From NCBI GenBank assembly GCA_964510945.1, contig CAZEED010000001.1:164577-228576 (forward strand): a stretch of 64,000 nt of DNA, given 5' to 3'. The notes under the pieces are model-generated. The model did no database searches, was not told the DNA's origin, and was given only the letters and a program-made list of their open reading frames with translations. Positions 7,925 through 17,813 of the stretch are shown here, one piece after another (position 1 is the first letter of the stretch; every line of letters starts with the position of its first letter). The DNA is from an uncultured Candidatus Saccharibacteria bacterium (GTDB lineage Bacteria > Patescibacteriota > Saccharimonadia > Saccharimonadales > JAGQNJ01). The position numbers and the translations under genes are program-made.

Positions 7925-9208
7925 ATGAGTATTGAACAAGTAGAAGTACATATTTTTGACACAACTTTACGTGATGGGGCCCAATCCTTGCCTGAAGACC
8001 ATCAATTTCCCGTAGGATCGAAGACGGAAATTGCCGATAAAATTGCAAGTTTAGGTGTAAACATAATCGAAGCAGGTTTTCCAGTTACGCCAGGCGATGC
8101 GGATGAAGTAGAAGAGGTAGCTAGAACAATTGGTAATAAAGCCTATTCTGTCTCAAGATGGGAACAAGCAGAGTTATCAGGTGAAGTTAAGCAACCACCT
8201 GTTATTGCCGGTCTATCTCGTACAACCCAAGGCGATATCGAAGCAACGTGGGCGGCAATCCAATACGCTTCTCGCCCACGAATACATACTTTTGTCTCGA
8301 CAGATCCTGAGCATATGGCCGCAAAGTTTCCAGGAAAGTCTCAGGCCCAAGTAGTAAATATGGGAAGGGATGCTATCCGTATGGCGCGAAATTTTGCAGA
8401 CGAGCATCCCGGAGCTTCAGTAGAATTTTCCGCGGAAGCTGCTAGTACAACAGATACCGTATATTTAGAAGAAGTAATTAGAACGGCAGTGTCAGAAGGT
8501 GCCGATATAATCAATCTTCCGGATACCGTAGGTCAAAGAAATCCATTTTGGATGAAAGATTTTTACTCTAAAGCTATAGAGTGGATTCACTCAGAAAATC
8601 CTGACGTAGTAATCTCCGCGCACAACCATAATGATTTAGGGATGGCTGCCGCGAATAGCTATGCTTTATTGTTAGCCGCCGGAGATGCTGCACAAAAATC
8701 ACAGTCCAGAGTCAATATCCAAATTGAAGGGACAATTTGTGGCTTAGGCGAACGTGCAGGCAATGCAGACATCTTCACTGTAATGGGAGAGTTCTATAAG
8801 TTTGTTGGTGATTTGGCAGTCCCAGTAACATGGAGCTTTAATCCAGAAAAATCCGTCCAAATAGCTAATGATGTTATGGATTACGCCAGATTCAGTGTTG
8901 ATCGACAGAATCCTATTGTTGGCCAAGATACAATGGTACATCGTTCTGGAATTCACAGTGACGGTGTAATTAAGGGTGGTCATCAGATATATACCCCACA
9001 TGACCCTACTTTCTGGGGCCATAGTGAACAAGCCGTCCACGAAGAAGGACGATATCAAGGCAAAGCAGGCCGTGCAGCCGTAAATGAATCAATTTCACAG
9101 ATTGGAGCTTCCGACTTAAGGGAAGTAATAGATGGGACTTTGAACCCAGACGAACACGATTACGACGGATTCGAAAATGAATTAAGAGCCGCTGGTGTCA
9201 CTATTTGA
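7925..9208 (+). CDS. leuA: 2-isopropylmalate synthase-like protein (HMGL-like catalytic domain, no C-terminal regulatory domain)
   Basis: FDTTLRDGAQS, IHTFVSTDPEHM, HNHNDLGMAAANS and GLGERAGNA. 427 aa, shorter than typical LeuA. Confidence 0.75.
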   Translation: MSIEQVEVHIFDTTLRDGAQSLPEDHQFPVGSKTEIADKIASLGVNIIEAGFPVTPGDADEVEEVARTIGNKAYSVSRWEQAELSGEVKQPPVIAGLSRTTQGDIEATWAAIQYASRPRIHTFVSTDPEHMAAKFPGKSQAQVVNMGRDAIRMARNFADEHPGASVEFSAEAASTTDTVYLEEVIRTAVSEGADIINLPDTVGQRNPFWMKDFYSKAIEWIHSENPDVVISAHNHNDLGMAAANSYALLLAAGDAAQKSQSRVNIQIEGTICGLGERAGNADIFTVMGEFYKFVGDLAVPVTWSFNPEKSVQIANDVMDYARFSVDRQNPIVGQDTMVHRSGIHSDGVIKGGHQIYTPHDPTFWGHSEQAVHEEGRYQGKAGRAAVNESISQIGASDLREVIDGTLNPDEHDYDGFENELRAAGVTI

Positions 9209-9313
9209 CATTAATCGACACAGAAATTATGATTGTTGATATGTATATTGCAATTATTCAAATTATTGGAGGAACCGTAAGCGCGGAGTAGTGTTAATAT
9301 CGTCAAAAAAACA

Positions 9314-9337
9314 AACCCCGCGCCAAGCGGGGTTTTT
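9314..9337 (+). terminator. intrinsic terminator (A-tract upstream, possibly bidirectional)
   Basis: AACCCCGC-GCCAA-GCGGGGTT followed by TTTTT. Confidence 0.7.
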
Positions 9338-9351
9338 AAGATAGGAAAAGT

Positions 9352-9951
9352 ATGTTAATATCTGCAGAATCATTAATAATTGGACCTCACGATCCCTGGG
9401 ACTCGCTCGATCCGACAACTAAACGCGGCTTAGCACTAGTAGATGCCGACCCACTAATTGCTGAATATACAGACAGATGGCCAACGTTAATGGCAAAAGT
9501 TGTGTCCTTGCGAGGCGTTGTTGAAGTACCTAATGAAGAATTGCCAATCGTATATGCTGCAAAATTAACTGTTTCACGCTCAATACTCTCTGCCGACAAC
9601 GACGAACGAACTGAGGAAGCACGATTTTGGCTGGAAAACTCTGGATTTTTAGTCCCGTTTGCTGATGACTTTTCTTTAATTGATGTTTATAGAATCGAGA
9701 GAGCAATCAAAGAAAGCCCCTTTATGGGGATTGCATATGAATATTTACCCCTCAGAGACAATCTGCCGAGAAAACAGCCAGAGAGTAACGATCAAATCGT
9801 CCAAATACGACAGTCCTTATATCAAGTTACAAATCCCGTGAAACCCAAAGAAGATTTCGCGCCAAAACCAAAAAACCGCTCTTCTAGCATGAATAGACGC
9901 TCTGTCCCTGCCTACACGACCGATGTAAGTCCAAACGTTAATTATCTATAA
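9352..9951 (+). CDS. hypothetical protein
   Basis: 199-aa ORF with a weak RBS (AGGAAAAG). Acidic N-terminal two thirds and a basic tail. No motif recognised. Confidence 0.5.
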   Translation: MLISAESLIIGPHDPWDSLDPTTKRGLALVDADPLIAEYTDRWPTLMAKVVSLRGVVEVPNEELPIVYAAKLTVSRSILSADNDERTEEARFWLENSGFLVPFADDFSLIDVYRIERAIKESPFMGIAYEYLPLRDNLPRKQPESNDQIVQIRQSLYQVTNPVKPKEDFAPKPKNRSSSMNRRSVPAYTTDVSPNVNYL

Positions 9952-9953
9952 CA

Positions 9954-9983
9954 TTTGACAGTAGCATCTCACTCTGTTAAGAT
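9954..9983 (+). promoter_or_regulatory. putative promoter of the rplJL operon
   Basis: TTGACA (9954-9959), 18-nt spacer, TAAGAT (9978-9983). Confidence 0.45.
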
Positions 9984-9995
9984 ACATTAGTTAAT

Positions 9996-10105
9996 TACCA
10001 AAGACAGCGATGGTCGTATGCGACTTAATAATATCGCCGAGGCAAAAACATCAACTTTTTGTATCGTACGTTTTTAAAAGTCTTTGGTAGCCCAAGGGCT
10101 TTTTT
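9996..10105 (+). promoter_or_regulatory. candidate L10-leader-like autoregulatory 5' UTR
   Basis: Long-range pairing of TACCAAAGAC (9996-10005) with GTCTTTGGTA (10080-10089) encloses an internal region. A short GC hairpin and T-run follow, directly upstream of rplJ. Confidence 0.4.
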
Positions 10106-10152
10106 AGTCCTCGCACATTTATAAGTAACAAAATAATAAAAGAAAGGAAGAT

Positions 10153-10683
10153 ATGGCTTTAACAAAAGATCAAAAGAAAGATGTTGTTGAAGAAGTATCT
10201 AACTTACTTGAAAATTCAAAACTAACTGTTATCGCACAGTACAAAGATACTAGCGTTAAACAAATGCAAGAATTACGAAAGTCTGCTCGAGAGAGCGAAA
10301 CTTTAGTAAAGGTGATAAAAAACCGTCTTGTAATCAAGGCTATAAAGGCTAACGACCGCTTTAGTACTGTAAATACCGAAAGTATTAACGGACAGTTACT
10401 TTACGCATTTAACGCGGTTGACGAAGTTGCGCCTGCACAAAGCCTGGCTACTTTTGCAAAAAAGAATCCAAGCATAAAATTTGTGGCTGGCCTAACTTCA
10501 GATGGTCAATTAATCAGCGCCGAGGATGTAGCTGCACTAGCCGCATTGCCAAGCAAAGATCAGTTACGCGCACAGTTAGTCGGTACGATTGCCGCACCAC
10601 TTAGTGGCTTTATGAACGTACTTTCAGGTAATGTTAGAGGCGTACTAAATGTTCTTCAAGCAAGAGCAGATTCGATAAATTAA
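10153..10683 (+). CDS. rplJ: 50S ribosomal protein L10
   Basis: 176-aa ORF after GAAAGGAAG, immediately upstream of rplL, with a typical L10 N-terminus (LTKDQKKDVVEEV). Confidence 0.93.
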   Translation: MALTKDQKKDVVEEVSNLLENSKLTVIAQYKDTSVKQMQELRKSARESETLVKVIKNRLVIKAIKANDRFSTVNTESINGQLLYAFNAVDEVAPAQSLATFAKKNPSIKFVAGLTSDGQLISAEDVAALAALPSKDQLRAQLVGTIAAPLSGFMNVLSGNVRGVLNVLQARADSIN

Positions 10684-10708
10684 GAAATAAATTACTAGGA
10701 GAAATTAA

Positions 10709-11131
10709 ATGAGCGAAGAAGTAAACAAGAGCGAAGACAAAAAAGTAGAGACTCCAAAAGAGTTCGAAAAACTAGTTGCAGAACTAGACAAAATGTCTGC
10801 ACTAGAAATTAGCAAGTTTGTTAAATTTCTAGAAGAGTATTGGGGAGTAAGCGCAGCTGCACCAGCAGTAGCAATGGCAGCCGCACCAGCAGGTGGCGAT
10901 GCACCAGCCGAAGAAGAAAAATCAGAATATGACGTCATTCTAAAAGATGCCGGCGCACAAAAAGTAGCAGTTATTAAAGCTGTTAAAGACATAACTGGAC
11001 TTGGCCTTGGCGAAGCAAAAGCCGTTGTAGATGGTGCCCCAAAACCAGTACTAGAAAAAGCTAAAAAAGAAGACGCTGATAACGCTAAAAAAGCACTAGA
11101 AGACGCTGGCGCAACAGTAGAACTAGCGTAA
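10709..11131 (+). CDS. rplL: 50S ribosomal protein L7/L12
   Basis: Ala/Pro-rich hinge followed by the C-terminal domain [40 protein letters not shown]. Confidence 0.95.
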   Translation: MSEEVNKSEDKKVETPKEFEKLVAELDKMSALEISKFVKFLEEYWGVSAAAPAVAMAAAPAGGDAPAEEEKSEYDVILKDAGAQKVAVIKAVKDITGLGLGEAKAVVDGAPKPVLEKAKKEDADNAKKALEDAGATVELA

Positions 11132-11259
11132 AGATTAGCTCAAAGCACAGATTATTAGGCTTAGTTGTCCACAGGTTTTTTGACTATTACTGTCAATAAT
11201 GATATTTTATTGGTAATAGTACAAAGTAGATAAAAAGTACAATTAAAGAGACAAACAAA

Positions 11260-11769
11260 ATGGCGGATGTATCAGATAAACAAATAAAAAGGTTAAAAAT
11301 ACTGCTTCAAGAGTCAGAAACAAGTCTAGCTGCAGCTAAAGAGTTGCTAGTCAGTCTTATTGGTGACGATGATAGTGCGCCAGTTATACCTAGCGAGGAT
11401 ATTGCCGGGAAGATCATCGAAGGTGTTTTTGATGGCCAGAATATGGTTGGTAGTGATGGCAAAACCTATCCCGTGCCCGCCAACTACGCTTCTAAATCAA
11501 AACTTGTAGAAGGCGATATCTTAAAACTAACAATCGCTGATGATGGGGCATTTTTGTACAAGCAAATTGGACCAGTCGCCAGAACTCAAAAAGTTGGGAC
11601 GCTGGTCATGGAAGGCGGTCATTATTTTGTTAACGTTGAAAAGCAAAAATACCGCGTACTTCTCGCCAGCGTAACTTACTTTAAAGCAAAACCTGGGGAT
11701 CAAGTCAGCATTAACGTCCCAGAAAGCAACGACAACGCCGAATGGGCCGCCCTCGAAGCCGCGCTTTAG
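11260..11769 (+). CDS. hypothetical protein
   Basis: 169-aa ORF with no recognisable catalytic motif. Confidence 0.55.
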   Translation: MADVSDKQIKRLKILLQESETSLAAAKELLVSLIGDDDSAPVIPSEDIAGKIIEGVFDGQNMVGSDGKTYPVPANYASKSKLVEGDILKLTIADDGAFLYKQIGPVARTQKVGTLVMEGGHYFVNVEKQKYRVLLASVTYFKAKPGDQVSINVPESNDNAEWAALEAAL

Positions 11770-11836
11770 AGTTCATAACATAGTGTTATTTATACAATCA
11801 TATTCAAAGATCATTTGACGTATAATATATAACCCG

Positions 11837-13267
11837 ATGGGGGAAGCACTATACCGAAAACATCGGTCAAATTCTTTTGATGAGATTATTGGCCAAGAAC
11901 ATATTACTAAAACTCTTAGTAATGCTATTAAAGCCGGAAAAATTAGTCATGCCTATCTACTGACTGGGCCAAAAGGTGTCGGAAAAACTAGCGTAGCTAG
12001 GATTCTGGCTCACGTTGTTAATGATTTAGAATATGACGCTAACTCTAGTAATAGTTACATAGACATTATCGAGATTGATGCCGCTAGCAACCGCCGAATT
12101 GATGAAATTAGAGACCTCAGGGACAAAGTCCAGGTCGCCCCAACATCCGCCAAGTATAAGGTATACATAATCGATGAAGTGCACATGTTAACTAGAGAAG
12201 CCTTTAACGCGCTACTAAAAACTCTCGAAGAACCACCAGCTCACGTTATATTCATATTAGCTACTACTGAGCTCCACAAACTTCCTGAGACTATTATCAG
12301 CCGTACTCAGCACTTTAACTTTAAGCCGATATCTAACGATGATTTGATAAAACATCTAAAAGCAATAAGCAAAAAAGAAAAAATCGATATCGACGATAAG
12401 GCTCTAGAGGTTATCGCAAATTACGGACGTGGTAGTTTTAGAGATAGTATCAGCTTGCTCGACCAATTGAGTACATCTGAGTCAAAGATTACTGCCCAAG
12501 CTGTACAAGAAGCCGTAGGGATTGCCCCAACAGACATCATCGAAAATTTAGTAAATGCCGTGTCAAACAAAGACCACAGCGAATTATTAGAGATTATGGA
12601 AAGTATAGAAACGCAAAATCTAGACCCTAGCATTGTGGCAAGTAGCTTAGTTGATTATTTAAGACAATCAATCCGCAAAAAAGAAAACAAGCTACCAAAA
12701 AAGACCCTTCTGTGGTTAATCAACGAATTATTGAGTGTACAAAATTCTCCAAATCCGGATATTCGTCTAGAGATAATATTGCTCGAAGTCTCCTGGAGCG
12801 ATCAAAGTACGATTCCAACTAAAGAGATAAAGCCCGCATCTAGCCCAAAAGAAATACCAAAATCAGAAGCAAAAACTAGCCCAGAGCCTTCAGAAGCCCC
12901 TAAAACAACCTCAAAACCACCTACGATAAAAGATACGGATGACCTTTGGAAAAGTGTTATCGCCTCGCTTAAAGGCAAGCATAATACCCTGTATGGAGTC
13001 GCCAGAATGGCAAATGCAGAGATCTCCAATGACCGAATAAAATTAGTTTTTAAGCACGATTTTCATAAACGACGCTGTAGCGAACCAAGAAATAAAACAA
13101 TCCTGCAAGATACTCTATCGAGTCTTTCAGGAAAGACCTTTGAAATTGAATATATGACTGATAGTTCTGTCGCCGACCCTAAAGTAGAAGCAACCAAGCC
13201 AAAATCATCTGATACACTAGATACAATAACTAATATTTTTGGCGGTGGGGAAGTACTGGACGATTAA
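11837..13267 (+). CDS. dnaX: DNA polymerase III subunit gamma/tau
   Basis: Walker A GPKGVGKTS, DEVHML, SRTQ. Low-complexity Pro/Ser/Lys linker in the C-terminal half. Confidence 0.9.
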   Translation: MGEALYRKHRSNSFDEIIGQEHITKTLSNAIKAGKISHAYLLTGPKGVGKTSVARILAHVVNDLEYDANSSNSYIDIIEIDAASNRRIDEIRDLRDKVQVAPTSAKYKVYIIDEVHMLTREAFNALLKTLEEPPAHVIFILATTELHKLPETIISRTQHFNFKPISNDDLIKHLKAISKKEKIDIDDKALEVIANYGRGSFRDSISLLDQLSTSESKITAQAVQEAVGIAPTDIIENLVNAVSNKDHSELLEIMESIETQNLDPSIVASSLVDYLRQSIRKKENKLPKKTLLWLINELLSVQNSPNPDIRLEIILLEVSWSDQSTIPTKEIKPASSPKEIPKSEAKTSPEPSEAPKTTSKPPTIKDTDDLWKSVIASLKGKHNTLYGVARMANAEISNDRIKLVFKHDFHKRRCSEPRNKTILQDTLSSLSGKTFEIEYMTDSSVADPKVEATKPKSSDTLDTITNIFGGGEVLDD

Positions 13268-14629
13268 ATGAACCCATCTCAAAACAATCCAAGAATTCCA
13301 CCACAAAATACTGATGCCGAAGCAAGCCTACTCGGCGCCATTCTTATCGATAGCGATGCAATCGTAAAAATTGCCGATCAACTCAGTCCAGATGATTTTT
13401 ACGATGATAAACACAAAATCATCTTCGAAAACGTAAAGGTCTTGTACGACAAACATAGCCCTATTGATGTTTTAACACTAACTAACCAGCTAAAAGCTCA
13501 TAACGTACTCGATACTGTTGGCGGTTCCTCGTACTTGAGTGAGCTAACTAATTATGTACCAACAGCCGCCCACGTTGAACAATACGCCGAAATCGTTTCG
13601 CAAAAAGCCCTCAGAAGACGGTTAATCCAAAATAGCCAAAATATTGTTAATCTAGGCTATGACGAGACAAAAAACCTACAAGAACTAATCGAGCAATCTG
13701 AAAAAGAATTATTCGAGACAAGCCACCGTTACGTAGGCCAAAACGTCGTCAGTCTAGAAGAGATATTATCAGAATCATTTGATCGATTAGACGAATTACA
13801 CAAAGACAAAGGCAAAATTCGCGGTGTACCGACCGGATTTCGGGACCTAGACAAGATACTGGCCGGACTGCAACGCTCAGATTTGTTCATACTTGCCGCT
13901 CGCCCTTCGATGGGTAAGACCGCCTTGGCGTTGAATTTAGCCCACAACGTCGCAACGAAATCTGGCGAGCCAGTACTGCTCTTTAGCTTAGAAATGAGCA
14001 AAGAACAACTTGTCGACAGACTTCTGGCCATGGAGTCAGGCGTAGACGCCTGGGCACTTCGAACTGGTAATCTAACTGACTCTGATTTTGAAAAAATCGG
14101 TCAAGCCATGGGAACGCTCGGCGAGGCTCCAATCTTTATTGACGACAGCCCAGGTATCACTGTTAGCGATCTTCGAACTAAATCAAGAAGAGAAGCGCAT
14201 AAAAGACCAATAGGCTTAATCATCATCGACTACCTACAGCTAATGAGTGGTGGAGGACGCTATAACGAAGGCAATAGAGTCCAAGAAATTTCTGAAATAT
14301 CCCGTGGTATTAAGGGCATAGCTCGAGAACTTAACGTCCCAGTCATCGCTCTAAGTCAGTTAAGCCGATCAGTTGAAAGTAGAAGCCCGCAAATACCACA
14401 GCTAGCCGATCTCCGCGAATCTGGATCAATCGAACAAGATGCCGACGTTGTGGCCTTTATGTACCGCGAAGATTATTACAAACCTGATACTGAAAGACGA
14501 AATATCACCGATATCTTAATCAAAAAACATCGAAATGGACCAGTAGGCACAGTAGAATTGTACTTTGATAAAGAACATCAACGCTTTAGATCATTAGACA
14601 AAAAACACGATCAACCATTTTCAGATTAA
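13268..14629 (+). CDS. dnaB: replicative DNA helicase DnaB
   Basis: PPQNTDAEASLLGAIL N-terminus, Walker A ARPSMGKTALALN, IIDYLQLM, SQLSR. Confidence 0.95.
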   Translation: MNPSQNNPRIPPQNTDAEASLLGAILIDSDAIVKIADQLSPDDFYDDKHKIIFENVKVLYDKHSPIDVLTLTNQLKAHNVLDTVGGSSYLSELTNYVPTAAHVEQYAEIVSQKALRRRLIQNSQNIVNLGYDETKNLQELIEQSEKELFETSHRYVGQNVVSLEEILSESFDRLDELHKDKGKIRGVPTGFRDLDKILAGLQRSDLFILAARPSMGKTALALNLAHNVATKSGEPVLLFSLEMSKEQLVDRLLAMESGVDAWALRTGNLTDSDFEKIGQAMGTLGEAPIFIDDSPGITVSDLRTKSRREAHKRPIGLIIIDYLQLMSGGGRYNEGNRVQEISEISRGIKGIARELNVPVIALSQLSRSVESRSPQIPQLADLRESGSIEQDADVVAFMYREDYYKPDTERRNITDILIKKHRNGPVGTVELYFDKEHQRFRSLDKKHDQPFSD

Positions 14630-14665
14630 TCCGAGCAACCATGGTGGTATACTAATATAAAAATC

Positions 14666-15841
14666 ATGGGCAAATTTACGAGCTATTTAAAACAGAACTT
14701 TTTTACAATTGTCATTTTCGCAGTTATTATATTTGGTGCAGTATTTTTAGTATTTAATGGCTTAAATTCGATTCCGCCCGGTGTATCTGCTAACGAGAAA
14801 GTATTTATTGAATCATCGTCAAAGCTTAGCTTTATTATCAAGAATCCTCTAAATGCCCCTATAAAACTTCCATATCTTGCGTTAACTGAGCTAGGTATCA
14901 ATACAATTGTTGTCTACAGAGCTATCGCCGGTATATTCGGACTAATCTTTATCATATGTTTTTATCGCTACACCAGAGAATATCAGACCAGAAGAGTAAC
15001 TATTTTGGCGACAATTCTGTTATTTACCAGCAGTTGGTTCTTACAAAACACCCGACTAGGACTCGACTATATTCTTTTGCCGCTATCCATATTAATCCTA
15101 CTACTGGCAACGAGAAAACTAATTAAAGCCAATAATACTGCATTATTTAGCGTAATCTTAGGTGTGGTACTTGGCTGCACGCTATATGTACCGGCAGTTG
15201 CACCAATCTTTTTACTATTAGCTATTTTTGGCTTACGATCAAAAGCCGAAAAGGTTAAGTTTAGACACCTAGCGATAGTCGTGCCTTCAATGTTAATTGT
15301 ACTAATCCCGCTTATCTTGGCGACCGTCCAGAATCCTAACCTTATCAATAATATCTTTGGCATCCCAACATCACTGTTGCCTATTGAATGGGCAAAACGA
15401 ATCCTTGTTATTCCAATATTTTTATTCGCTAAAGGGCCATTTAGCCCAATAAACAACCTTGGTCGACTACCAATTCTTGACGTTTTTAGCAGTGTGCTTT
15501 TAATACTTGGTGTCTACGCCGCGTATTTTAAGTTAAAAGAAAACCATCTTAGGCACGTAATTATCGTACTGATAGCCAGCTTTGTACTGATCGCCTTAAA
15601 TGGGGAAGCAGTCTTTGCGTTGATTATGCCAATCGTCTATATCATCATTGCCTACGGCGTTGCTTTAATCTTGCAACAGTGGTTTACGGTATTTCCAAAA
15701 AATCCACTAGTGAAGAATATCGGAATCACCCTATTAGTCATATCCTTATCATTTGTATCTTTTTACCACTTAAAAAGATATTTTGTCGCTTGGCCAAATT
15801 CTCCGGCGACAAAGGCAGTATTTAGATCACATCTAGACTAA
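14666..15841 (+). CDS. polytopic membrane protein (possibly a GT-C-type glycosyltransferase)
   Basis: 391 aa with about 10 hydrophobic segments. Functional assignment is tentative. Confidence 0.55.
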   Translation: MGKFTSYLKQNFFTIVIFAVIIFGAVFLVFNGLNSIPPGVSANEKVFIESSSKLSFIIKNPLNAPIKLPYLALTELGINTIVVYRAIAGIFGLIFIICFYRYTREYQTRRVTILATILLFTSSWFLQNTRLGLDYILLPLSILILLLATRKLIKANNTALFSVILGVVLGCTLYVPAVAPIFLLLAIFGLRSKAEKVKFRHLAIVVPSMLIVLIPLILATVQNPNLINNIFGIPTSLLPIEWAKRILVIPIFLFAKGPFSPINNLGRLPILDVFSSVLLILGVYAAYFKLKENHLRHVIIVLIASFVLIALNGEAVFALIMPIVYIIIAYGVALILQQWFTVFPKNPLVKNIGITLLVISLSFVSFYHLKRYFVAWPNSPATKAVFRSHLD

Positions 15842-15884
15842 CTATTTGATACAATATATACACATAGATTAACAAGGAGACAAT

Positions 15885-16178
15885 GTGAGTAAATTCGATC
15901 AAGCAAAGATGCTACTGAAAGTAAAGAAACTTCAAAAAGAACTATCTAAACAAGTTATAACTGTCGACGCTGGAGATGGCGCTGTACGAGTTGAGATTAC
16001 CGGCGAACAAAAAATTAAAAAGATTCACATAGATCCAGAATATGTTGATCTTGACGATATTGGACAGTTAGAAAAATGGGTTGAAGAAGCCGTCAAAGAC
16101 GCCATTGCCCAGAGCCAAAAAATTGCGGCGGAAAAGATGCAACCAATGATGGGTGCCCTAGGCGATTTAGGACTATAA
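15885..16178 (+). CDS. ybaB: YbaB/EbfC family nucleoid-associated protein
   Basis: GTG start after AAGGAG. 97 aa with GAVRVEITGEQKIKKIHIDPE, directly upstream of recR. Confidence 0.85.
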   Translation: MSKFDQAKMLLKVKKLQKELSKQVITVDAGDGAVRVEITGEQKIKKIHIDPEYVDLDDIGQLEKWVEEAVKDAIAQSQKIAAEKMQPMMGALGDLGL

Positions 16179-16197
16179 AAGATTAGTTTTAATAAGT

Positions 16198-16803
16198 ATG
16201 CAAGTAATCCCGCCAGCGCTGACAGAATTGATCGAAGCACTACGGGCATTGCCTGGCGTTGGACCACGTTCGGCCGAAAGATATGCCTACTATTTACTGA
16301 GATCTGATCCTTCTAAAAGCTCTAAACTGGCCGGGAGCCTAGAAAAACTCCACACAAACATAAAATTATGTAAAAAAACCTTCGCGCTAATCGAGAGCAG
16401 TAAAGAGCTGTCGGATCTATATACCGACGATTCACGCGACAAGCAAATCGTAGCCGTTGTGGCAGAGCCGTTTGATGTTGTCGCACTAGAGAATACTAGC
16501 CACTACAAAGGTACTTATCACGTCCTAGGAGGGCTTGTATCGCCTATTGATGGCATCTCACCAGATAGCCTGCATATCAAAGAACTAATCGAAAGAATCG
16601 ACGAAGACAACGTTACCGAATTAATTCTGGCTACAAACTCTAGCGTCGAGGGACAATCTACTGCGCTATACATCCAACAACAAATCGGCGACCGCCCTGT
16701 AAAGATAACCCGCTTAGCCAGAGGCCTGCCAATAGGTGTAGACTTAGAGTACGCCGATCAAATAACCCTAACCAGCGCACTAGAAGGTAGACAAGCCCTA
16801 TGA
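16198..16803 (+). CDS. recR: recombination protein RecR (zinc-finger cysteines largely absent)
   Basis: ALRALPGVGPRSAERYAYYLL (HhH) and a Toprim region LILATNSSVEGQSTALYI. Only one Cys lies in the region where the C4 finger normally sits. Confidence 0.9.
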   Translation: MQVIPPALTELIEALRALPGVGPRSAERYAYYLLRSDPSKSSKLAGSLEKLHTNIKLCKKTFALIESSKELSDLYTDDSRDKQIVAVVAEPFDVVALENTSHYKGTYHVLGGLVSPIDGISPDSLHIKELIERIDEDNVTELILATNSSVEGQSTALYIQQQIGDRPVKITRLARGLPIGVDLEYADQITLTSALEGRQAL

Positions 16804-17813
16804 ACAAATCAGATGTAGAAAAAGTCAAACAGATCATCAGCACCGCCAAAAATATTCTAATTATTCAGGCTGATAATCCCGACGGTGACAGTTTAGCCAG
16901 CAGTTTAGCACTAGAGCAAATACTGCACAAATTAGATAAAGAACCGACCATGTATTGTAGTGTGTCCGTTCAAAGTTATCTTAAATACCTTGATGGTTGG
17001 GATAGAGTCAGCACCATTATTCCGAAAAAGATCGACGCTAGTATCATAGTCGATACTTCAACAATCTCGCTACTCGAAAAGCTCCAAAATAGTGGATCTG
17101 CCGGCTGGATAAGCTCAAAACCATGTATTGTGCTTGATCATCATGCCGAGACTAAAAGTGATATTGAGTTTGCGACGGTTGAGATAACCGATCCATCCGT
17201 ATCATCAACAGGGGAGCTAATTTACCAATTAGCCAAAGAGTTAGACTGGCCAATCGACAAGGTATCGGGGATTAATATCATGTCAGCCATCTTAAGCGAC
17301 ACCCAAGGCTTAACAAACGATCTAGCCACTTCAGGCACTTATCGTTTGTTAGCCGATCTAGTAGACCTAGGCGTTAATCGACCAACTCTAGAGGATAAAC
17401 GTCGTAATATGTCCAAGATGGAGCCGGTTATTTTTAAATACAAATCGCGACTTATCGATCGCACAGAACTACTGTTAGATAATCAGCTTGCCTACGTTGT
17501 GGTCCCAAATAATGAAATTATGGAATTTAGTCCACTATATAATCCTGCACCGTTAATTCAGGCAGATATGCTTCAAACTAATGGCGTTGGAATCGCCTTA
17601 GTTATAAAGCAATATGATGATGGCCATGTTACCGGCTCTATAAGATGCAACCAAGGTTACGCCATAGCATCAAAAGTAGCCGAAGAGCTTGGTGGAGGAG
17701 GACATGAATATGCTTCTGGCTTCAAAATACAGGCCTCAAAACCATTAGATCAACTAAAGACCAACATACTCAAGATTATAGAAAAGCATTTAAACGACAA
17801 AAACCATGAATAA
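16800..17813 (+). CDS. DHH/DHHA1 family phosphoesterase (NrnA-like)
   Basis: DGDSLAS, VLDHH and GGGHEYASG motifs. Confidence 0.8.
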   Translation: MNKSDVEKVKQIISTAKNILIIQADNPDGDSLASSLALEQILHKLDKEPTMYCSVSVQSYLKYLDGWDRVSTIIPKKIDASIIVDTSTISLLEKLQNSGSAGWISSKPCIVLDHHAETKSDIEFATVEITDPSVSSTGELIYQLAKELDWPIDKVSGINIMSAILSDTQGLTNDLATSGTYRLLADLVDLGVNRPTLEDKRRNMSKMEPVIFKYKSRLIDRTELLLDNQLAYVVVPNNEIMEFSPLYNPAPLIQADMLQTNGVGIALVIKQYDDGHVTGSIRCNQGYAIASKVAEELGGGGHEYASGFKIQASKPLDQLKTNILKIIEKHLNDKNHE

